This document shows positions 19,077-30,500 of a stretch of 64,000 bases of DNA, one piece after another. How positions within the stretch are numbered: the first letter of the stretch is position 1; every line of letters starts with the position of its first letter. A program made the position numbers and the translations under genes. Origin of the DNA: Granulicella sp. (lineage in GTDB: Bacteria; Acidobacteriota; Terriglobia; Terriglobales; Acidobacteriaceae); NCBI GenBank assembly GCA_027339965.1, contig DAHWNL010000014.1, forward strand, positions 69,141 through 133,140, given 5' to 3'. The notes beneath the pieces were generated by a model. That model was not told where the DNA came from, ran no database searches, and saw nothing but the letters and a program-made list of their open reading frames with translations.

Positions 19077-20648
19077 ATGGCTTCTTCTCGCGCAGTGACG
19101 ACCCCATCCTTCAAGGTGTTTCTGCAACTCTCCCGTGGACACTCCCTGGTGCCGGTGACCAGAACCGTTGCGGCTGATCTGGAGACGCCGGTCTCGGCGT
19201 TTCTGCGCGTGGCTGCCCTGGAGCCGGCGGCCTTCCTGCTGGAGTCGGTGGAAGGAGGCGAGCATGTTGGGCGATATACGTTCATGGGGATTCGCCCTTA
19301 CAAGAAGATGACCGCCTGGGGCGGTGAGATCACCGTGGAGGAGGGACGGAGGAGACGAACCTATGTCGGGGACATCTTCGCGGAGCTGAAGGCTGCCCTG
19401 GATGGAGAGCGGCCTGCGAAGCTCGAGGGGTTGCCTCCGTTCACCGCTGGAGCGGTGGGTTTTTTTGCCTATGATGTGGTGCGGAGAATTGAGCGGCTGC
19501 CCGAGCTTGCAGCCGATGAGTTGCACGTTCCCGATGCTTACCTGATGTTCTTCGATGAGGTGCTCGCGTTCGACCATGTGACCAAGGCGATCCACCTGAT
19601 GGTGACGGTAGGGGCGCGGGGCAAGCTGGACGCGGCGGCTTATGGCAGCGCAGAGAGGCGGCTCAATCGGCTGGAAAAGCTGCTGAGCGCCGCCATTGCG
19701 CTCTCCCCGGCCAGGCGCCGCAAGGCCCCCCGGGGGACCTTGAAGCTGAAGGCCCGCACCCCGATGGCGGATTACATGCGCGGGGTGGAACGGGTGAAGG
19801 AGTACATCGGCGCAGGAGACGTCTTTCAGTGTGTGCTCAGCCAGAGGTTTGACTGCGTTCCGGGGGTGGATCCGTTTGCCATCTACCGTTCCCTGCGGAT
19901 TGTGAACCCCTCGCCGTACATGTATTTTTTGCGATTTGGCTTGGAGGACAAGCGCGGCAAGACCAGAGGCAGGTCCGGGAGCGGTCTGGGCAGGGGACGC
20001 GAGCCTCTGCGTTCGGCGCATATCGTTGGTTCCTCGCCGGAGTTGCTGGTGCGGGTACATGACGGAATGGTGGAGTATCGTCCCATTGCGGGCTCGCGGC
20101 CGCGAGGCAGGGATGAGGTAGAGGACCGCGCTCTGGAGGCGGATTTGCGCTCGGACGCCAAGGAGGTGGCCGAGCACGTGATGTTGGTGGACCTGGGGCG
20201 CAACGACGTGGGACGGGTAAGCGAGTTTGGCAGCGTTCGTGTCCGTGACCTGATGTTTGTGGAGAGATACTCGCACATCATGCACCTGGTGAGCGCGCTG
20301 GAGGGCAGACTGCGGAAAAATCTGGCTCCCATTGACGCCTTTCGAGCCTGCTTTCCGGCCGGCACGCTGAGCGGAGCCCCGAAGATCCGGGCCATGGAGA
20401 TCATCGAGGAACTGGAGCCGGCGCGGCGCGGAGTCTACGGCGGCGCCATCTTCTATGCCGACTTCAGCGGCAATCTGGACTCCTGTATTGCGATCCGGAC
20501 GCTGTTCATGGATGGGGAGCGAGGTTCCATCCAGGCGGGGGCCGGAATTGTAGCCGACTCGCAGCCGCGCCGAGAGCATGAAGAGTGCGTGAACAAGGCC
20601 AAGGCCGTGGTCCGCGCCATCGAGCGCGCGCGCGGGGTTTCGTCCTGA
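19077..20648 (+). CDS. trpE: Anthranilate synthase component I
   Basis: ADLETPVSAF, FLLESVEGGE, NPSPYMY, SSPE, EHVMLVDLGRND, FPAGTLSGAPKIRAM, QAGAGIVADS. Confidence 0.93.
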   Translation: MASSRAVTTPSFKVFLQLSRGHSLVPVTRTVAADLETPVSAFLRVAALEPAAFLLESVEGGEHVGRYTFMGIRPYKKMTAWGGEITVEEGRRRRTYVGDIFAELKAALDGERPAKLEGLPPFTAGAVGFFAYDVVRRIERLPELAADELHVPDAYLMFFDEVLAFDHVTKAIHLMVTVGARGKLDAAAYGSAERRLNRLEKLLSAAIALSPARRRKAPRGTLKLKARTPMADYMRGVERVKEYIGAGDVFQCVLSQRFDCVPGVDPFAIYRSLRIVNPSPYMYFLRFGLEDKRGKTRGRSGSGLGRGREPLRSAHIVGSSPELLVRVHDGMVEYRPIAGSRPRGRDEVEDRALEADLRSDAKEVAEHVMLVDLGRNDVGRVSEFGSVRVRDLMFVERYSHIMHLVSALEGRLRKNLAPIDAFRACFPAGTLSGAPKIRAMEIIEELEPARRGVYGGAIFYADFSGNLDSCIAIRTLFMDGERGSIQAGAGIVADSQPRREHEECVNKAKAVVRAIERARGVSS

Positions 20649-20824
20649 TTGTCTGCCGCTGGAGTATCGGTCCTCGCAGTTGAGCAGAGAGGCAAGCCGC
20701 CTTGGAAGAGTCCACGCCAAGACGCAGCGGACCCGTCAGCCGGCCAGCAGCCTGCCGGGCGAAAAGCAGAGGGCGATTCCGCCTTCCCCCGGAAGCGGTG
20801 GGCACGCGTAGAATCGGAGCTGCG

Positions 20825-21463
20825 ATGGTCTTTGTTCTCGACAACTACGACTCGTTTACCTACAACCTGGTGCAGTACATCGGTGAGCTCGGGGAGAATC
20901 TCGGCGCAGGCAGCGCCGAGATTGTGGTGCGGAGAAACGACGAGATCACCTCGGAGGAGGTTCTGGCCCTGCGGCCTGACCGCATCTTGCTCTCGCCAGG
21001 ACCGTGTACCCCGCGGGACGCGGGCATCCTGGTGCCTCTGATCCAGCGTCTGGCGGAGCACATGGCGGATCTGCCCAAGAAGAGGCGGATTCCGGTCCTG
21101 GGTGTATGCCTGGGGCATCAGGCGATCGGCGAGGCCTTTGGAGGCAAGGTGGTGCGGGCTCCCCAGCTCATGCATGGAAAGACCAGCCAGGTGGAGCATG
21201 ATGGGCGGACGATCTTCAAAGGCCTTCCCCGGCCGATGACGTGCACGCGCTACCACTCGCTGATGGTGGAGGAGGAGACGCTGCCCGCGGAGTTGGAGGT
21301 GTCCGCGCGCGTCAAGGGTGAGAAGAAGACAGACGGTCTGGGAAGCGGGCTGATCATGGGCCTGCGGCACAAGACACTGCCGATTGAGGGCGTGCAGTTT
21401 CATCCCGAGAGCGTGCTGACCGACCATGGGAAGCAGTTGATTGCCAATTTTCTGAAGCAGTAG
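20825..21463 (+). CDS. trpG: Anthranilate/aminodeoxychorismate synthase glutamine amidotransferase component II
   Basis: [41 protein letters not shown]. Confidence 0.93.
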   Translation: MVFVLDNYDSFTYNLVQYIGELGENLGAGSAEIVVRRNDEITSEEVLALRPDRILLSPGPCTPRDAGILVPLIQRLAEHMADLPKKRRIPVLGVCLGHQAIGEAFGGKVVRAPQLMHGKTSQVEHDGRTIFKGLPRPMTCTRYHSLMVEEETLPAELEVSARVKGEKKTDGLGSGLIMGLRHKTLPIEGVQFHPESVLTDHGKQLIANFLKQ

Positions 21464-21522
21464 CCATGCCGCCGGCGCCAAGAACCGTGCGGGAAACCTG
21501 AAGCCGAGAAGAGAAGCGCGCG

Positions 21523-22476
21523 TTGGAGCCGTCCGTGGGGAATCATCTGCGAGTGGGGTGGAGCGTGGTGGCGGCCTGCCTGTTGGCTGCGGGCCCGTCG
21601 TGCATTCGCGCGCAGCGGCAAGCGCAGGTTCTGGGGACGGTTGCGGTCCAGGATGCGCGGGTGAAAGGCGGGTTGGTGATCAAGGGAAAGCAGGCGCAAC
21701 TGATCTCCAAGGCCAGCGTGACGGCCTACGACCATACAGCCAAAGTGAAGCTAAAGCGAGGAGGGGACGTTCTGGTGTGCTCCACCAGCCAGTTCCATCT
21801 CATGCGCGTTGGCCAAGCCAGCGCTCTGCTGTTCGGATTGGACCGCGGAGCCATCGAGCTGCATACGCCGACCGAGGCGGAGGATGTGATTTTGACCCCC
21901 GACATTCGCTTCCGGGTGGAGATCAAGGGAACGTATGACCTTCGGATCCGGGTAACGCCCAATGGGGACACCTGCGTCGAAAACACGGGCAAGAAGGCTC
22001 CCGCGCTGATGCTCAGCGATGCGTTCTCCGCGGCAAGCTATCAGTTGTCGCCGGGAGATCATGTTTTGTTTGTGCGAGGGAACCTGCGCGAGGTCATCGA
22101 CAGCGAAGGCTACCCGTGCGGCTGTCCAGCGCCGGCGAAGCAGAAGCACGTCGGCTCTCATGCCAGCGCGGCGCAGAAAGCCGCGGCGGAGCACCCCTTC
22201 CCGGTGGCGCAGAGCGAGGGCCTGGCACCTACCCCGCCGGAGCCGAACTCGCCGCCCGGGCAGACCGAGACTCAGGTGTCCACAACGCTCACCTACCGGC
22301 CTGGAGGCGCGCCTCCGCCAAGCGCGATGGAGTCTCCCAGCCAGATCATCGCTGATGCGTTGGGGGCACCTGCTGTGCCGGCGCCGCGGAAGGCGAAGCA
22401 TTCGTTCGGGTATCGGTTGAAGCGCTTCTTCTATCGTCTGTTCCATCCCGGGTCCGGGCAGGCAAGCTCCCCGTAG
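21523..22476 (+). CDS. Secreted hypothetical protein
   Basis: Signal-like N-terminus, beta-rich core, PCGCP motif, Pro-rich tail; start codon uncertain. Confidence 0.7.
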   Translation: MEPSVGNHLRVGWSVVAACLLAAGPSCIRAQRQAQVLGTVAVQDARVKGGLVIKGKQAQLISKASVTAYDHTAKVKLKRGGDVLVCSTSQFHLMRVGQASALLFGLDRGAIELHTPTEAEDVILTPDIRFRVEIKGTYDLRIRVTPNGDTCVENTGKKAPALMLSDAFSAASYQLSPGDHVLFVRGNLREVIDSEGYPCGCPAPAKQKHVGSHASAAQKAAAEHPFPVAQSEGLAPTPPEPNSPPGQTETQVSTTLTYRPGGAPPPSAMESPSQIIADALGAPAVPAPRKAKHSFGYRLKRFFYRLFHPGSGQASSP

Positions 22477-22627
22477 CAGATTTTGGGCCGTGCGGTGGAT
22501 CGCGCCTGCGGCCCTGCTCCGCAGCGATGGTCCGCAGCGGCCGGCAAGGCTGCGGCCGTAGGCTACAATCAAAGGGCTGGGCTGTTTTCAGCAGTCCCCA
22601 CACTTCCCCTAGAACCAGGAGTTTTCC

Positions 22628-23188
22628 ATGGCGATTCCGGCCACACAGATGCGCCCCGGCATGATTATCAAGTTCAAGGATGACCTTCATTTGGTCTTCA
22701 GCGTCGAGCACCGGACGCCGGGCAACCTGCGCGCATTTATCCAGGCAAAGCTGAAGAATGTGCGAACCGGCGCCATGTTTACCGAGAGATTTCGCTCGCC
22801 GGATCCGATCGAGAGAGTGCATGTGGATTCGGTGAAAATGGAGTACCTGTACAACGACGGGGACGACTACTACTTCATGGATCAGAACACCTTTGAACAG
22901 ATTGCGCTGAAGCGGGACACTTTGGGCGACTCGGTGGAGTATCTCACTGCCAACCTGTTGATTGAGGTGAGCTTCCATGACGGCAAGCCGGTGGGTATCG
23001 AGCTGCCGACGGCAGTGGAGATGACCGTGGTGGAGACCGAGCCGGGGATCAAGTCGGCGACGGCCAGCTCAGTGACCAAGCCGGCCAAGATGGAGACGGG
23101 ACTGGTGGTGCAGGTGCCGCCCTTTATCAATGAGGGTGAGCGGATCCGCGTGGATACGGCCGAAGGCGCGTATATGAGCCGGGCTTGA
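22628..23188 (+). CDS. efp: Elongation factor P
   Basis: HRTPGNLRAF loop, YLYNDG, ETEPG, KPAKMETG, VPPFINEGE. Confidence 0.97.
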   Translation: MAIPATQMRPGMIIKFKDDLHLVFSVEHRTPGNLRAFIQAKLKNVRTGAMFTERFRSPDPIERVHVDSVKMEYLYNDGDDYYFMDQNTFEQIALKRDTLGDSVEYLTANLLIEVSFHDGKPVGIELPTAVEMTVVETEPGIKSATASSVTKPAKMETGLVVQVPPFINEGERIRVDTAEGAYMSRA

Positions 23189-23313
23189 GATCTCGTGGAA
23201 CCAGCGCCGAGGCGAAGAACGAGACGGCGCAAGTTGGGCGGCGGCCAAAGGACGCACGCAATAGGTTGGGGAATCTCTGATCCCGGACTGCGCTTTTCAA
23301 CAAACTCCCTGGC

Positions 23314-23607
23314 ATGGAGGCTTCCATGGTGATCCACTTCCTGATTCGCGGGCGGGTGCAGGGCGTTGGGTTTCGCTGGTTCGTGCAACGTGAGGCCGCG
23401 GAGCTGGGGCTGCGCGGCTGGGTGCGGAATACCGACACGGGCGAGGTCGAGGTGGTCGCGGCGGGAGAAGCCGACGCGATCCAGGACTTGCGCGCGGAGC
23501 TGCGCAAGGGCCCACGTGGGAGCCGCGTGGATGGATTGATCGAGCACGAGCTGGTAGAGGCCGAGGGCGCGGCGCTTGGCGAGTTCCAAATTGAAGGAGC
23601 CTGGTAA
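23314..23607 (+). CDS. acyP: Acylphosphatase
   Basis: GRVQGVGFR and GWVRN motifs. Confidence 0.93.
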   Translation: MEASMVIHFLIRGRVQGVGFRWFVQREAAELGLRGWVRNTDTGEVEVVAAGEADAIQDLRAELRKGPRGSRVDGLIEHELVEAEGAALGEFQIEGAW

Positions 23608-23611
23608 CGAT

Positions 23612-24151
23612 ATGGAAAAACCAATTGATTGCGAGTCATTGAAGCAGAAGATCCGAGCGGTGCCGGATTTTCCCAAGCCCGGGATTTTGTTCTACGACAT
23701 CACCACCCTGCTCAAGGACAAGGCGGGCTTTGCGCAGTTGATCGATGCCTTCTCGCAGTACTACATCGACAAGAAGGTGGACCTGGTGCTGGGCATTGAG
23801 GCGCGGGGGTTTATCTTTGGCCCTGCGCTGGCCTACCGCTTGAATGCAGGATTTGTGCCGGTGCGCAAACCCGGCAAACTGCCGGCCGCGGTAGAGAAGG
23901 TGAAGTATGACCTGGAGTACGGCAGCGATTCGCTGGAGATCCACAAGGACGCCATCCAGCCGGGTCAGCGGGTGATCATTGTGGATGACCTGCTGGCGAC
24001 GGGAGGCACCATGGATGCGACCATGGACCTGGCCAAGCGCATGGGCGGCGAGATTGTGGGAATTGCGGTCGCCATCGAGCTGGATTTCCTGAAGGGACGG
24101 CAGAGGTTCCCCGGGATCGACGTCCTGAGCCTGATGCACTACGACGAATAA
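23612..24151 (+). CDS. apt: Adenine phosphoribosyltransferase
   Basis: PDFPKPGILFYDITT, IEARGF, VRKPGKLP, LEYG, IVDDLLATGGT. Confidence 0.96.
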   Translation: MEKPIDCESLKQKIRAVPDFPKPGILFYDITTLLKDKAGFAQLIDAFSQYYIDKKVDLVLGIEARGFIFGPALAYRLNAGFVPVRKPGKLPAAVEKVKYDLEYGSDSLEIHKDAIQPGQRVIIVDDLLATGGTMDATMDLAKRMGGEIVGIAVAIELDFLKGRQRFPGIDVLSLMHYDE

Positions 24152-24161
24152 AGAGTCTCCC

Positions 24162-24206
24162 GATGGAGCCCCAGGAGATGGAGCTCCAGGAGATGGAGCC
24201 CCAAGA
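24162..24206. repeat. 15-bp tandem repeat x3
   Basis: GATGGAGCCCCAGGA / GATGGAGCTCCAGGA / GATGGAGCCCCAAGA. Confidence 0.85.
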
Positions 24207-24375
24207 AGGGTCGATGCGCCTGCCTCAAGCGATGCGTCCGATCATCCGTCCGTTCGTCGGTCCGGTTGCGGCGGAAGCCTCGAGGAAATCCCGAGCAAGC
24301 CTCGAGGAAACCCCGATCGGTTGGCTCGCGTCGCCGCGCCTTTCGCCCGGCGGCCCTGGGGTGCGTGCATCGAGC

Positions 24376-25098
24376 TCACCAAGGATGACCCGCGCCCCGC
24401 GCTCTCCAGTATAGATTCAACAGCATGGCCAGCACCGAGGTGAAGATCCCCGCCAGGGCCATGGCGAGGGATGACACCGAGCCCCGCACCTCCGAGCTGC
24501 GAAAGAGAGACGCCGTTCCGATGGCGTGTGAGGAGGCGCCGACGGCGGCCCCGACCGCATGGTCATGCGGGATGCGCACCAAGCGCAGAATGCCGGGGCC
24601 GATGACGCTTCCCAGCAGGCCGGTGAGCAGCACCATGGCCGCTGTAATGGCAGGGTCGCCATGCAGACTGCGAGAGACCTCAATGGCGATGGGTGTGGTC
24701 ACGGACTTGGGCAACGCGGACATCACCATCTGGTGCGAGGCTCCGCAGAGGCTGGCGACGCCGCCGGCGGTGCCCATTCCCACCGCGGAGCCCGCAAAAA
24801 CCACCAGGCTGAGCCGTGGCAGGGTCGCCTTCAGCTTGATTCCCTGCTTGTACATGGGCACCCCCAGGGCCACGGTGGCCGGGCCCAGAAGAATGGTGAA
24901 GACGCCTCCGCCCGTGTTGTAAGAGGCATAGGGAATATGCAAGGCCCAAAGAAGAAAGATCAGCGCGACAGAGGCCGAGAGCAGGGGATGGATCCAGGCC
25001 CAGCGCCGGTGCAGGCGCAGGCTGAGAGCATAAACGGCCAGGGTGAGCAGGATGTAGAGCGCGGGATGGGTGAAGAGGTAAAGGGTCCGGCGAATCAC
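24376..25098 (-). CDS. lrgB: LrgB/CidB family membrane protein
   Basis: LLGPATVALGVPMY, PKSVTTPIA, GASSHAIGTA motifs. Confidence 0.92.
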   Translation of the reverse strand: MIRRTLYLFTHPALYILLTLAVYALSLRLHRRWAWIHPLLSASVALIFLLWALHIPYASYNTGGGVFTILLGPATVALGVPMYKQGIKLKATLPRLSLVVFAGSAVGMGTAGGVASLCGASHQMVMSALPKSVTTPIAIEVSRSLHGDPAITAAMVLLTGLLGSVIGPGILRLVRIPHDHAVGAAVGASSHAIGTASLFRSSEVRGSVSSLAMALAGIFTSVLAMLLNLYWRARGAGHPW

Positions 25099-25219
25099 GT
25101 TGGCGGCTTCCTTGTAGCGGAGTCAGGATGGTCTGGTTGTTCTGGGTGGCCCTGCGGAGATGCGGCTGCGCAGCGTCTGCAACCTGCTGGCGGCGGCTGC
25201 TCGCGGCTGCCAAGGGACG

Positions 25220-25591
25220 TCAAGGCAGCAGGTCAGCCTCCCGGTTGATCTCGGCTATCTCTTCATCGCGCAGCAAAAAGTGGGCCAGGCTGCCGGTCGT
25301 CAGCAGCACGGCCAGCAGGCTGGCGACCAGGCTGGCCAGCAGCGCCACGCCGTTCTTGCGCAGTTCGGGGGTCATGGTGGCCAGCCCGGCCATCAGCGGG
25401 ATGAAGAGAAGCGTCATATGCCGAACCAGCAAGAGCGAGCTGTGCTCTACCCACTCCAGCCGGATCAGGCCCAGCAGCAGCGCCAGGGTGAACAGGATCA
25501 AGCCCAGGACGCTCCCAGGCAAGGGAACGCCAAGACGGTGCAAAGCGACGCCCAGCATCTCAAAGGCGACGATGATGACGAAACCGAGCAT
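25220..25591 (-). CDS. lrgA: CidA/LrgA family holin-like protein
   Basis: PLPGSVLGLILF and LLFIP motifs, 4 TM segments, upstream of lrgB. Confidence 0.88.
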   Translation of the reverse strand: MLGFVIIVAFEMLGVALHRLGVPLPGSVLGLILFTLALLLGLIRLEWVEHSSLLLVRHMTLLFIPLMAGLATMTPELRKNGVALLASLVASLLAVLLTTGSLAHFLLRDEEIAEINREADLLP

Positions 25592-25748
25592 GCGAGGAAC
25601 TCCTTTCAGCGGTTGCCGGCTGGAATGTGATTGTCCACCAGGGACGGGCGCGGCGGAGGGCGTCCGCGGAAAGCTGGGAGCGGAAGCGATGGGTCATTGC
25701 CCTTACGCCTGCCTACACAGGCCCGTTCTGAATTCCTTCAGCATGCCT

Positions 25749-26675
25749 TCAGGATGCCCTCGATGCCGCGTTGCCATCCTGTGCCGCCGTGGCGCTCGGC
25801 GCCATGCCGTCTGAACTCTCGGATGCAAGAGCCGACAGGTCAAGATCTCCGATCGAGTCCACGCGGGCTGCAAAGAGCCTCTCGGCCGCAGCGGCCAACG
25901 GAGTCGCCGCGGAGGGCGCTGCGTTGGATACCAGCTTGAGGTCCTTGCTCATCAGCCGGAGTGGAAACTCCGGCGAGTAGTCGCCGTTGCCAATCTTGGG
26001 GAACTTGCCCAGGAAGGCCGGGGCGACGGCGGCTGAGTGGGAGAGGACATCCAGCAGGACGCTCTGCGGCAGGTCCAGATGCCGGCCCAACGAGAGGGCT
26101 TCGGCGATGGCCGCCATCCCGACGCCTAGCAGAAGGTTGACCACTAGCTTCATCTTCACTCCCGAGCCTCCCGGACCAACCAGAAACCACTGCCTGGCGA
26201 GCGTTTCGAAGATGGGGGTGCAAGCCTCGAAGGTCGCCTGATCTCCGCCCGCCAGCAGGGTGATGGTCTCAGCTTCCACCGCGGGGGTTGAGCCGGCGAT
26301 GGGCAGATCCAGCATTGGCAGGCGGCACCGGGTCGCCTCCCGATGAAGCTCTCGAGATAGCTCCCAGGAGATGGTGCTCATCTCCAACAGGATGCTGCCT
26401 GGCCGGGCGGATTCCAGCACGCCGCTCGGGCCGAAGTAAACCTGCTGCACAGCCTCGTCGTTGGCCAGGCAGGACAGAATCACGTCCGAAGTGGCGCAGA
26501 GAGAGGCGAGCGAGGCTGCCCGGGCAACACCCTGGCTCGCCGTCTGCTCATCCTTCCGCGGGCTGCGGTTCCATGCCTGCACTTGCCAACCGTTCGCGTG
26601 GAGCCGGCTGGAGAGCCGGCTGCCCATCAAGCCTAGACCAAGAAATCCAAGTTGGGTTTTACTGATATTCATCAT
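25749..26675 (-). CDS. NAD(P)-dependent oxidoreductase, beta-hydroxyacid dehydrogenase (MmsB/GarR-like) family
   Basis: GFLGLGLMG Rossmann motif, WNRS, EMSTIS, MKLVVN, LMSKDL. Confidence 0.9.
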   Translation of the reverse strand: MMNISKTQLGFLGLGLMGSRLSSRLHANGWQVQAWNRSPRKDEQTASQGVARAASLASLCATSDVILSCLANDEAVQQVYFGPSGVLESARPGSILLEMSTISWELSRELHREATRCRLPMLDLPIAGSTPAVEAETITLLAGGDQATFEACTPIFETLARQWFLVGPGGSGVKMKLVVNLLLGVGMAAIAEALSLGRHLDLPQSVLLDVLSHSAAVAPAFLGKFPKIGNGDYSPEFPLRLMSKDLKLVSNAAPSAATPLAAAAERLFAARVDSIGDLDLSALASESSDGMAPSATAAQDGNAASRAS

Positions 26676-26796
26676 GGTTGTATCGGTTTGTCCCTTCAGA
26701 CTCGTCCATTTCACTTTGCCTGCGTGAGAGGGGGAGCGCTCGGCGACGGCCCTGATGAAATGATGGAAATCGCGAAAGCTGAGGCCCAAGGCGTCG

Positions 26797-26914
26797 CTAA
26801 ATCGTTTTCAGTGCAGGTGTAACGCGACGCCTCGACCTCTATGGGCGTTTTCCCCAATGAAAACGCCACTGCACGCCCCGTCTGGTGTACCCAGCAACAC
26901 TGAAAATGCTATAG
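26797..26914 (+). mobile_element. ~118-bp MITE-like repeat, copy A
   Basis: Imperfect terminal inverted repeats CTAAATCGTTTTCAGTG...CACTGAAAATGCTATAG; internal hairpin GGCGTTTT-N-AAAACGCC; homologous to 57852-57968 (inverted) and 63287-63404. Confidence 0.8.
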
Positions 26915-27352
26915 AGAGTTCCAAATTCATCGTTTTCCGAGTGCGAAGGATCGCAAGGGTGGAGCGAACTCACCTTATTCGATGGGAGCACGCTGCTCTG
27001 GAGTCGGCGCCTTCGGATCTTCGAAAAGAGCAGTCTTTTCCTCCCTTGTGGCAAAGCGTCTCTTCTACAGGATACCTGGCGCAAAACAGAGTGAATCGCA
27101 TCGCCGGACGAGAATCGGCGGGGCCATACTCTTCTCCTCGCTTGTTCAGGCCTGGGCTCCACGGTTGTCTAGCGGTTGAGTAGGGTCCGGCCCGTGGAGG
27201 GATGCTCCGAATAGAGTGTCCAGCGGTGCGTGGCGCCGAGTTGCCGGGCTGGTTGAGATAACTTATAAATAATTTAGTTCTCTTGGGCAACGTTGCCGCG
27301 GCCTGAGCTCCGGTGCGGGAGCCAGAATACATTTGCAGGCGATACTTCGGTC

Positions 27353-27420
27353 TAGATCCTTCCAGATGGGTAGATCCCTCCAGACGGGTAGATCCTTCCA
27401 GACGGGTAGATCCTTCCGGA
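27353..27420. repeat. 18-bp tandem repeat x~3.8 upstream of the RND operon
   Basis: Unit TAGATCC(T/C)TCCAGA(C/T)GGG. Confidence 0.9.
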
Positions 27421-27535
27421 TTTGAGAATCCGCTCGGAACTTTTGGCTTCTCTCAAGCATCTTCAGAGTGGGCCCGGAGTGAGTCGCGCACGGCTGGATG
27501 CCCAATAGGGGAGCGATGCGGAGAGGAGATGGCGG

Positions 27536-30500
27536 ATGTGGATTGTTCGACTGGCCCTGAACCGGCCGTACACGTTCGTTGTCTTGTCGCTGCTGCTTCT
27601 CATCGCCGGTCCGCTGGCGGTTCTGCATACGTCCGTGGATATCTTCCCCAACATTGATATTCCGGTCGTCTCGGTGGTGTGGATGTACGCCGGTCTCTCT
27701 CCACAGGAGATGACCGACCGCATCGTCTCTCCGTTCGAGCGGACGCTGCCGACCCTGGTCAACGACGTCGACCACAGCGAATCCCAGGTGTTGACCGGAG
27801 TTTCCGTCACCAAGCTGTTTTTCCGGCCCTCGGTGAAGATCTCTCAGGCTGTGGCCCAGGTGACGGCCGCGGCGCAGACTGTGTTGCGCCAGCTTCCTCC
27901 CGGCGCAACGCCTCCGCTGGTCATCCAGTACAGCGCCTCCAGCGTTCCGATTGTGCAAATGAGCCTTTCGGGCGATGGGATGACGGAGCAGCAACTGAAT
28001 GATATCGCGATGAACTTTGTGCGCACGCAGTTGTCCACGGTGCAGGGAGCGTCCATCCCCTGGCCGTATGGCGGAAAGTTGCGTCAGATTCAGGTGGACA
28101 TCGATACCAGGAAGCTGCAAGCCTACGGGCTGTCCGCCTCCGATATTGTGAATGCGGTAAACGCGCAGAACGTGATTCTCCCTTCCGGCGACGCCAAGAT
28201 GGGAGACTTTGACTGGCAGATCGAAACCAACAGCGCACCGCGGACCATTGCGGCTCTGAATAACCTGCCCATCCGGAGCATGAACGGGGCCACCATCTAC
28301 ATGCGCGATGTGGGCAGCGTATGGGATGGATTTCCGCCGCAAACCAATCTGGTGCGCGTCAACGGGCAGCGGGCCACGCTGCTCACGGTGTACAAGACGG
28401 GGAACTCCTCCACGCTGGATATCATCTCCGCGATTCGCGGAAGTCTGCCCGCGATTCTGGCCGAACTTCCGCCCGCGCTGCGCATTCACCTTATTTCGGA
28501 TCAGTCCGTGTTTGTGCGCGCCGCCATCTCCGGAGTGGTTCGGGAGGCGCTGATCGCGGCTGCTCTTACGGCTCTGATGATTCTGATCTTCCTGGGAAGC
28601 TGGCGATCCAGCCTGATCATCGCCGTCTCCATTCCGCTGTCGGTGATCTCGTCGTTGCTGCTGCTGCCGGCGTTGGGGCAGACCATCAACATTATGACCC
28701 TGGGCGGACTGGCCCTTGCGGTGGGCATCCTGGTGGATGACGCGACGGTGGCCATTGAGAACATTGACCGCAATCTGGAAGAGGGCAAGGATCTGGAGCG
28801 GGCCATTCTGGACGGTTCGGCGCAGATCGCTGTACCGGCGTTTGTCTCCACGCTGTCCATCTGCATTGTCTTTGTCCCGATGTTCTTTCTCAACGGAGTG
28901 GCGCGCTACCTCTTTGTCCCCATGGCGGAGGCCGTCGTGTTCGCCATGCTGGCATCCTACTTCTTCTCACGCACCATAGTTCCCACCATGGCGAAGTATC
29001 TGCTGAAGGGGCATGAGATTCTCCATCCTCAGGAGCAGGCTGCGTCCAGGAATCCTTTTGTCCGCTTCCAGCGCAGCTTTGAGCACGGCTTTGAGAGGCT
29101 GCGGTCCTGGTACCGGGAGATTCTGGTGCTTTGCCTGGCCCGCCGCGCGGTGTTTGTGTGGGGTGCGGTGCTGTTCTGGGGGCTCTCGCTGCTGGTGCTG
29201 ACGCCTTGGCTGGGCCGCGACTTCTTCCCCGCGGTGGATGGCGGGCAGTTCAAGTTGCATGTGCGCGCCCATAGCGGCACGCGCATTGAGAACACCGCGC
29301 GCATCTGCGACGCGGTGGAGAGCGAGATCCGAAGAGAGATTCCACCAGCGCAGCTTGAGAACATTATCGATAACATCGGCGTGCCGTACTCGGGAATGAA
29401 TCTCTCTTACTCCAACTCAGCGACGGTGGGCACGGAGGATGCGGATATCACGGTCTCGCTGGCCAAGGATCACCGTCCCACCGCTGAGTATGTGCATGTT
29501 CTGCGGAAGCGGCTGAACCAGGAGTTTCCGGGGGTGGAGTTTTACTTTCTGCCCACGGATATGGTGAGCCAGATCCTGAACTTTGGGCTGCCGGCGCAGA
29601 TGGATATCCAGCTCGTAGGTCAGCAGGTGGAAGCCGACCGGGATGTGGCTGAACGCCTGATGCTGAGGTTCGCGCGCGTCCCCGGTGTGACGGACCTGCG
29701 GATTCAGCAGCCCTTCAACCTGCCTGCCTGGAGGGTGGATGTGGATCGGACACGAGCCCAGCAGGCCGGCTACACCGAAGCCCAGGTGGCCTCCAACCTG
29801 ATGATCAGCCTGAGCGGAAGTTTTCAGACGACGCCGAACTTCTATCTCGATCCGCGCAGCCACATCGCCTACGATATCGCGGTGCAGACGCCCCAGTATG
29901 ACGTCAAGAATCTGCAGGAGTTGGAGAACTTCCCGGTGGTGGAGAGCGGATCCTCGGCTCCGCCTCAGATTCTGGGCAACCTGGCCAGACTGGAGCACAT
30001 CACCGAGCCGGCCACGGTAAGCCACTACGATGCCCGTCCGGTGATCGACATCTACGGCGCGGTCGAGGGCACGGATCTGGGGGGCGTGGCGAGCCAACTG
30101 GACCGCATCATTGCTGAGAGCCGCAGTGAGCTGCCGCGCGGAACTCAGGTCTTTCTGCGCGGGCAGGTGCAGACCATGCGCAGCTCCTACAGCGACCTCT
30201 TCGAGGGCCTCATCTTTTCGATCGTTCTGGTCTATGCCTTGATCGTGGTCAACTTTCAGAGCTGGCTGGACCCCTTCATCATCATCGCCGCTCTGCCCGG
30301 GGCGTTGGCCGGCATCGTCTGGATGCTGTTTCTCACCGGAACAAGGCTGAGCGTTCCCGCCCTTACGGGGGCCATCATGTGCATCGGCATCGCTACGGCG
30401 AACTCGATCCTGGTGGTGAGTTTTGCCAAAGATCAGATGCACGCCGGCGTGAGCGCGGCCGAGGCGGCGCTGAATGCGGGGTTCACGCGCTTCCGCCCGG

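Noticed and set aside
27353..27420. 18-bp repeats as a mini-CRISPR or iterons
   Set aside because: Units are contiguous with no spacers, and there is no rep or cas gene nearby; this is a simple VNTR
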